A DNA stretch of 64,000 bases, from assembly GCA_963693365.1 (NCBI GenBank), contig CAVNZM010000005.1:1178001-1242000 (forward strand), written 5' to 3'. The DNA is from Amoebidium appalachense (Eukaryota; Protista; Ichthyosporea). Position 1 is the first letter of the stretch, and every line of letters begins with the position of its first letter. Made by a program: the position numbers and the translations under genes. The notes under the pieces are model-generated. The model made no database searches. It saw only the letters and a list, made by a program, of their open reading frames with translations, and had not been told where the DNA came from. This document shows positions 1-11,893 of this stretch, piece after piece.

Positions 1-545
1 CCCTGGAATCGATCGGCTGATAAGTGCTTCAGTCAGATTTGCTAATCATGTTTACGGGGATTCATGAATAGATTACGTAACTTCATTGAACGGAACCCCG
101 CCGCGGTCGCCAAAACCAGCACAAAACACGTGCTCATAACACGTGCGGATGCTTAGAAACACGCCGTTTTTTTTTACAGCACACAAATAGAGACATGTAT
201 ACATGTGTCTGTTGCATTTTTGTCTAATTTGGCTGCTTCTATTTATGTGTTTGATAGTCTCAAATCTGGTCGATTTTGGGCTTCGGGAGAACAAAAGGGG
301 GTTAACTGGGTGTGATAAGGACCAGGAGAGTGGAAACATCTCGCGAGTTTTTTTTTTTTCCCCCTTGCATGTGTGCCCATGCGCGTGTGTGCGTGTATGT
401 ACGAGAGCACACACATGTGCAGCCTACACACGTGTGCATGTATGTTGTTTTTTTTTTTTGGGGGGGGGGGGGGGGGAGGAGGGGGGGGATTCTGTAAAAG
501 TGGCAGACATCCAAGGAAACATTTTTTGACAGCGTTTTTATGCAG

Positions 546-887
546 GGAGGATGAGCTCGGCAACAGCGAGGAGGCAAGCATCCTGCAGGAGGAGGTGCTC
601 AGTGCCAAGCACACAGACCTCGTTATTGGCTACGCCATCAGCCACCACCTCAAAACACTGGGCCCCAATGCATCCGTGCAGTGGGCAAAGAACGAGGAGG
701 TGGAAAAGAGTGAGGATGAAGACAACGAGGAAAAGCCCGGGGAGAGGCACGATGAGTTGAAGGAGGGGAATAACAAGGAGGGAGATGAGAAGGAGGGAGA
801 AGAAGTGGGCACACCTGGGTCCAAGGGAAAGAGGAAAGCGGAGGAGGAGATGGAGGGGAGCAAAAAGAAGGTGCAAAAGGTACGTAC

Positions 888-964
<77 letters not shown>

Positions 965-1496
965 TGTGTGTGCGCGCGCGCGCATGTGTGTGTGTGTGTG
1001 CATGTGTGTGTGTGTGCATGAGTGGGGCATGCTTGGACGTGCGTTCACGTGCACTAAGGTGGTGTTGGTGATGGGGCGGTGGGGAATGTGTGGGTACGTC
1101 AAGATACGGTTGAGAGTAGAGTCAGTTTAGTCTTTTCCTCCTGCATGCCTGGGCGGGCGTTTGTGTGTGCTTTGGAGTATGTCTTTGTTATGAGCACGTG
1201 TGTGTGCAGTATGAATGTGGTATCATTCTATGTCTCTCGTATCAGTGCGTGCACGTGCATGCGGTGTGTGTGCTATGTTCTCTAATATATGTTGACTTGG
1301 GTCTATATTTTCCCTCGGAGCCCAGAACCCCCCACTAACCTCGTCACTATCGTGATGTGATATCTCAGAAGGACAGCAAAGCCAAAAAGAAGGTTGATAT
1401 GCTCGAGCTGCCCCTGGAGTCCCTTCTTGCTGCTCTGCGCTGGTATGCGGGTCTGCGTGAAGCTAAGAAGGAAAAGAGGAACATCGTGCAGGTGCG

Positions 1497-1532
<36 letters not shown>

Positions 1533-1965
1533 TTGCTCTTCTTCCCCAATCCTGTTCTTCTTCAGTTGGTCTCGTTCGGTCGGCATTTTCGGGTGCATGT
1601 CGAAGCAGATTTTTTGAGTTTGTTGCCTGCTCTGTATATACTATCTTCCTATTTCTTGTGTACTTTGTGCACATGGTCATGATTGTTTAGAAGAAAATGG
1701 GGCCTGGACTATCGCTGCCGATACAGTCCTTCTGTTACCGATTTATATGGGGGATTTTATGTTTTGAGGCTGACACCGGCTGCACCAGGATGTTGTGACG
1801 GACAACGACTACGAGAAATCTCTGCTCAGCAACGTGATATTTGCCGACCAGATTGGTGTCACCTTTGATGACATCGGTGCACTCACAAAGGTATAACCCC
1901 CCCTCCCCCCCCCCCTCCCCCCCTCCCCCCCCCCCCCCCCCCCCCTTCCCCCGCCGCGTGCGCGC

Positions 1966-2002
<37 letters not shown>

Positions 2003-2268
2003 AAAAAGAGAAGGAAAAAAAGGAAAAAAATAAAGAAAAAAATTGATACCAACCCTTGGCTTCTCAAGGTCAGGAACAATTTTTTATTAGCATAGTATGG
2101 GCACTAACACGTGACTCCCCCGTTTTAAGAACACGCTGTTCTATCATAGTATACCACTAATGCATGCCTACCCCAGGTGAAGAACACGCTGTTCGAGTTG
2201 GTCATTCTGCCATTGCGCAGACCAGAACTGTTCACAAGAGGCAACCTCACAAAGCCCCTGAAGGGTAT

Positions 2269-2315
<47 letters not shown>

Positions 2316-3024
2316 AAAAAAAAAAAAGGAAAAAGAAGAAGAAGAAGAAGAAGTTTACCATTGCTCCACCACCCATTCATTACCCACCCACGCACACAGC
2401 CAGTCAGCCCAGTGTGAATGACAAACCAGGCTGTATTCCCTAGAGCCTCTATGGTTGTTTTTATCGATGATCGTGTTTTTTATATGACACTCTCAGCTGC
2501 AGCAGGAGTAGAAGTGGGGCAGGGCGGGCTAGTCGCTGAAGGAGGCGCTGTGTGTGTGCTTCCGGGGGGAGGGGGGAGGGGAGGGGGGAGGGGGGGGGTT
2601 AAGCGTAGGCAAGGCCCGAGACCATATTTATGGCTGTTGCACTTAACCCAACACACCCGATGGTTATACACACAGACCAAAAATCTATGTAAAGCCCTGG
2701 TGTTGGAAGAGAAGGAGTATCCCAAACACAAGAACATAAATATTAACAATTCAAAATTTCAGGTATTCTCTTGTTTGGACCCCCGGGCACCGGCAAGACG
2801 CTATTGGCTAAGGCAGTGGCAGCCCAATCTGGGGCCAATTTTCTAAATATCTCCGTCAGCTCGATCACGTCAAAGTGGGTCGGTGAGGGGGAGAAATACG
2901 CAAAGGCCGTGTTTACGCTGGCAAGCAAGATCACGCCATGTGTCATCTTCATCGGTATGTCTGCCCGTGTCTCTCTTTCTACCCCCCTGGCTCTATCTCC
3001 CTCCCCCCCCCCCCTTCCCCCCCT

Positions 3025-3108
<84 letters not shown>

Positions 3109-4639
3109 CTTTCATGATTCATCCTCACTGATTGCAATGGAAGTGGTGTGTTTGTTGAAGTCCCTTATAAATCGGCTTTGTTTTGATGACCAAATTCCTC
3201 CTAGAGCCCACGCTCATTTATCTTCTACTGAGATCCCCCCCCCCCCCCTTCCCCCTCCCCCTCCTCACTCGCACCCTTCACAAACCACACACCCTCCAAA
3301 AACTAAACGTCACCCCCGATGTTTCCTTCCTCACTTTTTATTTTGTAACTTTAGACGAGATCGACAGCATGCTTGGTCGGCGGGACAGCCAGTACGAGCA
3401 CGAGGGGATGCGCAAGATCAAGAACGAGTTCATGTCCATGTGGGACGGCCTGACCACCAAGTCGGACGAGAGGGTTATTGTGCTGGCGGCTACTAACAGG
3501 CCCTTTGATCTGGATGATGCCGTGCTGCGCCGCCTGCCCAGGGTAGGTGTTGGCTCTTCCTAAATAAATAACAACCGGATGTATTCTCTCTCACTCTCAA
3601 CCGTGAAACAACCTATAAGTCTGTTCGTTCTCACCCCTTTCCTCTACACAACACCCTCTGTCTGTCACCCGTCAAACAAGTAGCTGACGCCTTCCCTCTC
3701 TCTCACCTTTCGGCTATGTCATCTACCTACAACCTGTGGGAGCACACACAGAGAGGCACACTCATATTCTCTAATGAAATGGAGCAGGAACGACCTCCCT
3801 CCGGCCATACTAAATCTGTAGGGCCTGGGCTTACAAGCAAATGCAGTTCTGCAAATGTGTTCCTGTCCCATGGGGGAAAGGGGTTGTGTTAGGGGGGAAA
3901 GGGGGGGCGGGGGTGGTGTGTGTGTGTGTGTGTGTGTTTGGGGGGGGGGGGGGGGGGGGGGGAGGGGGGAGGAAGGGGGAGGGGAATAAGTGACCGTAGT
4001 TTGCACGTGCTTACATGGTTGTATGACAGCGGCTGCTTGTGGACCTGCCGGACCTTGAGCAGAGGGAGCAGATATTGAGCCTGCTGCTGCGCTCAGAGAA
4101 ACTTGAGCCGGACTTTGACTTCCTGGAGGTATGCGTGTGCACATGCACACATGCACATGGGCACACAGGCATATGCAAACCCATGCATATGGGCACACAG
4201 ACATGCGCACACACATATGAACACACAAAATATGGACACATGTATACACACAGGCATATGCACACATATGCAGCCACAAATGCAAACACATATACACACA
4301 TGGAAATACACACACAAAACACACACACACACACACACAGACACCGTCCATTAAACAGCAGCCAATCACACGCCCTTATTAGAAACTAACCAGCCAATCC
4401 CATTTCAGGTTGCACGTATGCTGGAGGGCTACAGTGGCAGTGACATGCGCAACCTGTGTGTGGCTGCGGCCTACCACCCGATCAGAGAGATCATAGCCAG
4501 GGAGGGGCTGGTGGAAAAGTTGCAGGCTGAGGGCAAGGCAGCGGCAGGCACATTGGCACCCCCTGTGGTGTCTTCGGCACTTGATTCCCCGAGGTTTGAT
4601 GCAAGGTGTGTGGGTGTGGGTGGGTGGGTGGGTGGGTGG

Positions 4640-4672
<33 letters not shown>

Positions 4673-5173
4673 TGTGTGTATGTGTGATGAGGGGCTTTGG
4701 GGGGGGGGGGGGGGGGGGGGAGGGGGAGGGGAGAGGGTTACGGGTGGCTATGGGTGAGCTGGGATGGGAGAGTTGGGATGAGTGGGTGGGTGTTGGGCCC
4801 CCGGGGAGGGGGGGGGGGGGGGGGGGGGGAGGGGGGGGGGGGGGGGTGGTTCTTTTGTTTTTGTCGGCGAGATGGAAGGCGGGAGAGGGGAGGGATATGT
4901 GACGAGATAAGCGGTGGGGAGGGTATGTAGGGGGAAGACTTAGAAATTGAGGGGGTTGATCGGGTTTCGTGTGGAATTTTGTGTGTGCTGGGCGCTGTGT
5001 ATGCGCGCGTGTGTGTAGGAGAGGGAGAGAGGACGGCGGAAGGGAGGGGGGGGGGGGGGGGGGGGTTTGGTTCTGATCGTGATGACGTCACAGTGCCGCT
5101 ACAGTCAAGGTACGCAAGAACAAGGCTGAGCCCCCATACATACGCGAGCTGAGGATGAAGGACTTCGGTAATA

Positions 5174-5218
<45 letters not shown>

Positions 5219-5828
5219 ACCACCACCACCACCACCACCACCACCACCACCACCACCACCACCACCACCACCACCACCACCACCACCACCACCACAAAAA
5301 AAAAAAAAAAAAAAAAAAAAAACCACGAGCCCTATCACGGCCGACTGCCACCCCTGCAACCGTTCGGGTGACTATCGAACAATCAACACCCCCAGACAAG
5401 CCACCCCACAACCAAGCACAAAAAGAGAGTTTCATATAACACCTGTGCCAATAACTGTGGGATGTGCGATGAGTCATGCTGTAGCTATATAGTAACAGAC
5501 CTTAGCAAGGGCCCAAGTGATCAATCGAGCCATGGTGGCCATTGCCCCCAACCCGCAATGATACCCTCCCTCGCTCAGGGTGCACACAGGATCTTGTAGA
5601 CCACGTCCTGCTGTTTGGTAGTAGGTTTTTTTTAACAAGTTAACGGTATCGTGTATATTATGTTTATTAATGCTAAATTTCGTTTTGTCTGGTGCAGAGG
5701 AGGCCAAGAAGGAGGTCAGTGCCAGCTGCTCCGAGAGTGCGCAAGCAACAGAGCAGCTACGTAAGTGGAACGACACGTACGGAGAGAGCCAGAACCAGTG
5801 GAAGTCCACCCTCACATACTTCACATAG
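546..5828 (+). CDS. AAA+ ATPase of the Msp1/ATAD1-related (meiotic clade) type; 5' end lies upstream of the window or is unresolved
   Basis: In-phase exons 546-879, 1369-1491, 1789-1890, 2177-2264, 2763-2954, 3355-3542, 4030-4128, 4409-4605, 5094-5167, 5698-5828 (TAG), all GT-AG. Spliced protein has [11 protein letters not shown], Walker [14 protein letters not shown], pore loop SKWVGEGEK, Walker [36 protein letters not shown] and C-terminal WNDTYGE...LTYFT*. Confidence 0.93.
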
Positions 5829-5913
5829 GTGGTCCCGGGATCTCTTCTCCCCGTTTTTTTTTAGTTTTTTTTTTATTGGTGGTAGTGGAGGGGGGGGAGA
5901 GGGGGGGGAGGGG

Positions 5914-5948
<35 letters not shown>

Positions 5949-5952
5949 GGGG

Positions 5953-6025
<73 letters not shown>

Positions 6026-6477
6026 GGGGGGGGATTGTGTCAGTGATTTTTCAGATTTTTGCAGGGCTACTAGCAGAGACTCTGGCAGCAGTTTTTGTTG
6101 GATGGATTTGTACATATTCTTATGTGCACCTGTGTAGGTAATGAACACAGTGGGATTTGATTAGTTTGCTTATTGTAGCAGGCAAACATGTGCAGGTCAC
6201 TAGCTGGTTTGGACAAGGGGGTAATCTACATGCATGAAAGGGGTTTTTGTTGTTTGGAATTATTCACATATGAACACACACGAGTCAACTGTTCGTGTTG
6301 TGATGTAGCCAGTTTGTTTTGGCCATGTGACTGGTAGCTGTGTGGGTGGATTAAACCAGACACAAAAGTTTCCACCGAGCAAAGATAGCGTGGTTGCTCA
6401 GGATGTACACGCAGACTTGCACCCGCGCGCGCACACACACACAATGTCACACACGTGCGCACACACAAACAAGTTCA

Positions 6478-6537
<60 letters not shown>

Positions 6538-6914
6538 GTCATACACACTGGGAGAGTGTCGTAACTCCGTGGACACTGAATCGCCACCCATATATTCTCT
6601 GCTTCTGGCAAAGATGTAGCTGCATACAACGGGCGATTCATGCATGTCCTGTACTGTGTCATGCCGGTCGAATTACGGCACGTCAATGCAACATTAAGCA
6701 TGGCACGTTGAGTTCCCTAATAAAAAGCAGCCACACAGGCTTTGCTGGGCCATGTGGTACCCGGTAATCACGGAGTGACTGAGTCTCCTTGCGGGAATGG
6801 ATATCAAAATATTGATGGAATTCCTCCCTCTCCCCCTCCCAGTAACGTAGACGCCAGACTTGCTATAAGACCCTCTTCCTCCCCCCCAACACACACACAC
6901 ACGCGCGCGCACGT

Positions 6915-6950
<36 letters not shown>

Positions 6951-7227
6951 GCAACCCCCCCCCCCTCCCCCCCCCCCCCCCCCCCTAATCATGCAGCACA
7001 TATATGCACCATGGCCAAGCTTGTTGCCTGTGCAGGGCGCAATACGTGTGTACAGTAATACACATGAACACGTGTACACGTGCACGAATGTCACACCGTG
7101 GTATAAGCTGTGTAGCCTGTGTACATGTCAAGTGTCTGTTGTGTACTTTTAGTGGTGCAGTCCCGCCCGCACGTGCACGCGTGGTGCACGTGGCAAATGT
7201 ACATGTGCACGATCACGGGAGGGAAAA

Positions 7228-7276
<49 letters not shown>

Positions 7277-7459
7277 GGCGTGGTGCATGTCACTGCATGA
7301 CGCTGCAGCTGACTACTAGGGCCTAGTTAGGCAGCTCGAGCTCGGGCTAGCTGCCTAGTGCTAGCGGGCCCCTTCCTCGGTAACCCTGGCCTCGAGGAGG
7401 GAAACTCCCGTTCGGTCACGCACACATTGCAGACCTTGCTTGGTTGGTCGCGGCTAAAA

Positions 7460-7771
7460 CAGGGTTCGAAGTTACGAAAAAAATCGGAATTTCCGACATT
7501 TGAAAACACAGTTCCGAAAATCGTCCCGGTCGAATCGGAAAGGCCGAGAGCCCCCCCCCCCCTCCCCCCCCCGCGGGCCCCGGGGGGATCCGGAAGCTTC
7601 TCATGACTTCGCAGGTCTCATCATACACGGGGCATACACCACCCACACAAGCTGCACACGTACGTACGTGTCTCCCTGTCCCTGTAGAATGTTCAATGGC
7701 AGACCCTGACTACAGCGCCAGCCTAGCACATGTACATGTTACGTCACACCAAACACATTTATGCACACACC

Positions 7772-7814
<43 letters not shown>

Positions 7815-8464
7815 ACACACACACATTCACACACTACACAGCCGTGACACCACATATGCATCATAGCCATGCATGGCCACATGAACATACAATGCATACA
7901 CCGTACCTGCGCATGTATATATAGGCCGGCCTCCACTTAACAAAACTTCCCCCCCCCCAGAAATCGAACCCCATTCCCCGAGGCCTCCTCCGCTGCCCAC
8001 CGTTCCCTCCACCAGTGCTGCCCCTCCTTCTCCCCCACCGCCGCTCCGGCCTCACCCCCCTCCCCCCCCCCCCCCCCCCCCCTCAGGCGGATCCCCCTCC
8101 CCCCCCCCCCCCCTAACTAGCTATAGTACCCCTCCCCCCCCCCCCCCCCCTTCCCCCCCAGGAAGGCCTATTAGTAAACATGGAATGGATCTAGATGCTC
8201 AGAGTCGACGGCCACCAGGTGCAGGTGCCACGTGTATCACGATCAGTGGCACGCGTCTAAAATGGCAGGCAATACACACACTATGCACCACTGTGTTCGG
8301 TTCAAAGACACACATGCACATACATACACAGCCGTGACACCACACATGTGACCTAGGCTAGTACACGTGCACAGGCACATACTATCTCAGATCATGATAT
8401 TCTGTATTAGAAACGTGCACATGCATCCACCCTGTACAATCACATGAGCAGCTATGCACCCACC

Positions 8465-8498
<34 letters not shown>

Positions 8499-8556
8499 CA
8501 CACTTACACTGCACACACACACCATGTACACGGCGCACGCACACACACCCCGTGGC

Positions 8557-8587
<31 letters not shown>

Positions 8588-8783
8588 GACACAAGAAACC
8601 GTTGGTACAAACACACACACCCACACTGGCATGTACACACACATACACAGACACGTGCACACACACCCTGCATACATACACACCACACTGCACACACACA
8701 CACACACATACACACACTGTACATACATACATACACACCATAGCCGTTGACACAAAACACACACACATGCACACAATGTCATG

Positions 8784-8815
<32 letters not shown>

Positions 8816-9101
8816 CACGCACACACGTGCACATGTGCACACATGCACACAACATAGACACACACACACCGATTACCGCTGACACAAATACACACACCCA
8901 CACCTGTACACATACACACAGACACACACACCGTGCATACATACCCACCACACACACATACACAATGCAAAGAAAAATACTCACACACACACAAACACAA
9001 ACACAACCACCCAACGTGATTTTCTTCCCCCCCCCCCCCCCCCCCCCCCCCCCAAACATTCGATTTCTGCCTGAGCTTCCCATGTTGCTGCCTCAACTCA
9101 C

Positions 9102-9158
<57 letters not shown>

Positions 9159-10271
9159 CTCCCTCCCTCCCTCCCCTCCCCCAGAATTTTTTAATACGGA
9201 GACAAATTGTATATATATATTGTGCATTAGTGCACTTCATATTTCCCTTTTATTCCTTCAAAGCTTCAACTGCCAACACCAGGAAGGCCTCTAGTAACCA
9301 CAGGGGTTTTTGAGTATGCATTATAATTACATTTTGATGCAATTTAGGCACAAATAAGCATATGCTACCTCTTCCCTTCCCCATCGTCTCTGCCCATTGC
9401 CGAGCGCTATGTGGAATGGCTGGCGACCCCCCCGGAGGTACGGCTAGATCATAGTGTGAATATGAATAGTTTCAAGTCTATGGCTGATGGATATCTTTTT
9501 ACTCTACGTGTTGAGTCCCTTCCGGTGTTAGGACCGCAAAAACACCAACTACTAGTAGCCTATATGGCGGATACGGTTAGAGAGTCTCGTTCATACATAG
9601 ATTCGTTTATTCGTAATGTGGTGTGGTGTAAAAACGCAAAGATGATTATGGCTTGGCGGTGTAATCGGTTTCTGGTGTCTCCTGCTCGTATGTGTAATAT
9701 GTGTGGGGGGGCGGTTTACTCGCGGCTGCATATCTATCAATAAATGCAACCTGTTAGCTAATGTATTAGGTACCGGAGGTTATTGGCGGTTTTATTCTCT
9801 TTTCTTCCTCTCTTCCTCAATATATCCGTTTTAAGATGACTATCCTAGATCACCTTATTAATGCTGCACAGTATGATATTGTGATCCGGTGCCTTAACTT
9901 TCTGTCGGAGCTACCGATGCTAGCATCTGCTTACCCATAATATGTAATAGGGGTGTCAGATACTACGATGGCGCTCATTGTTGCCTAGCATGTACATATG
10001 TCACTGGCTGCATTTGATTGGCTGTGCTGGAAAACGCAGTAGGCCGTCGAATGTGGCTGGGCCCACGGCCATCCTAGATGGCCGTGGGCTGGGCCTCCGG
10101 CAATGTCCACGCAATAAAAAGTGTGTAAACCCCATATGCCCTAGTTTACTGATGCGCGACGATTACGATTTTTGGTGGGCCTGCTCCGACGGAGCATTCC
10201 GATTTTCGTAGAGGTTTTCCGAAACGGGATTTCGACTTCCGTTAATGGGCTCCACCGTCCTTCGAACCCTG
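7460..10271. mobile_element. Non-autonomous hAT-like DNA transposon (~2.8 kb)
   Basis: Perfect 12-bp terminal inverted repeats CAGGGTTCGAAG (7460-7471) and CTTCGAACCCTG (10260-10271). Flanked by an 8-bp target-site duplication GGCTAAAA (7452-7459, 10272-10279). TCCGA/TCGGA-rich subterminal regions at both ends. No transposase ORF inside. Confidence 0.85.
9411..9940 (+). pseudogene. Decayed non-LTR retrotransposon (LINE-like) ORF2 C-terminal fragment with CCHC zinc knuckle
   Basis: ORF 9411-9743 ends ...MAWRCNRFLVSPARMCNMCGGAVYSRLHI. Removing a 4-bp duplication (TATCTATC, 9731-9738) restores CNMC-x8-HINKC. A downstream frame reads TILDHLINAAQYD. Intron-free and microsatellite-free, unlike its surroundings. 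Confidence 0.4.
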
Positions 10272-11893
10272 GGCTAAAACGGCATCTACAAAGGTATGTG
10301 TTTTGTCATGAATACGAGCCCCCGATTAGCTGACGAGAATCTTGACAAAAGGAAGAAACCAATCAGGAGCTGACTTTCCTTTTTAGGTGGCGTAAATTTT
10401 GCCTGACTATGCCAGTGCATGCTTTAGCACATTCCAACAAGATTAGCCTGTCGAACTCGAAGTGAAACGAATGAAACGGCGAAATTTATCCCTTTTTTTC
10501 CTGTTGTAGCTAAGATATATCCCAAATACACTGTTCTACAATCGATTCCAACCTTATTGATTTGTGGATACACCATGTGCGGGCCGCGCGGCCGCGCCGC
10601 GCTGATGTCGGCGAGTTGATGAGATCACCAGAAAGGTCACTATTGGCTTAGTGTACATAGCTTTTTTATCCTAGCCAATAAATAAAGCTTTCCTTCTAAC
10701 ATCTTTTCCTATTGGCCAATATGGCACTCAACTGTTTCCAAATAGTGCCTCGGCGACTTCCGATTGGATGCATTGCTACATCTGTAGACCAATATGGAGT
10801 GGGGTTTTATGTATAAACAAACCAAATTCTAATTGTAAAATAAAGTAAAGCTGTATGTTTTTATACTTAAGGCTGAATCTTCAATCAAGCTACAATCACA
10901 AATCTACCAAATAATTGCGGGTTTCATTATTTCATACTTTTCTCTATGCCATGTAACTATATATTGTATAGAAATTGTATGTAAATGTTTTATTATCGAC
11001 TTATTAAATTATCCTGATGTTAGTATGGCAGAAATCTATGGGGCGGGGCCAAATACATGGGGCATGGATTGATATCAAAACGTGACTCCAACTCGAGGCC
11101 CTGGGCCTTCCATATAACAGCGTTTTGTATCAATCATGTGCTCATTCCCTTTGTGAATAGTAACCAAACCAACTCCAACGAAACAGAATTCACTTATATA
11201 CATTGGTTCAGGTGGGTGAGGTGGGGCGATTCACCCTACATTAATTGCAACCAATGTGGCAAAGCAGGGTCTTCTTTTTCTAGCGTCTTACTTTGCTCCC
11301 ACATCTGTAACAGGACTTAGTGCCTGGACTTAGTGCCTTGCACTAAGCTTAAGGCTTCCGCCTGTTTTTTGTCTAGGTTTCCCTCTTCTTTCCTGCGATG
11401 TTGAATCTTGCACTTGCGTGCCCTATCTCCTCTGGTCCTACAGACCATTTTTTCTAGTCTCAATCACTTGGCCATCTCCTGCCAGAAGGATCTTTCATTG
11501 GCAATATGGTGGTAGTGCTGCATGATGAAGTGATCGGCTTTTGTTCTGGGTTGACTTTGGTAGGCAAGAGTTCCCCAACACTAACCTGGCTTAGTCCACC
11601 TTATTATTTCGGACGGTGCGGGGACTATAAGGAAGGCTACCAGTAATTGCATGCATCTGCACAATCACTCACCGTGAAAGGAGGTATTGATAGGGTGAAG
11701 CCGAATGAAACCAGGCTATGTGAGGTAGAAATAGAGGAACAACGGGTAACGGGTACAACCTGGAGCAAAGCACGTTTACACTTGTAAAACCCTGCTGCTC
11801 AATCACATTCAGCCGTTGTCATGGCCTCCTTCAGTTCTCTTCTGACGATCTCTCGCCTTTCAACCAGCAGGTGACTGCGTGTTTCTTCTCACG

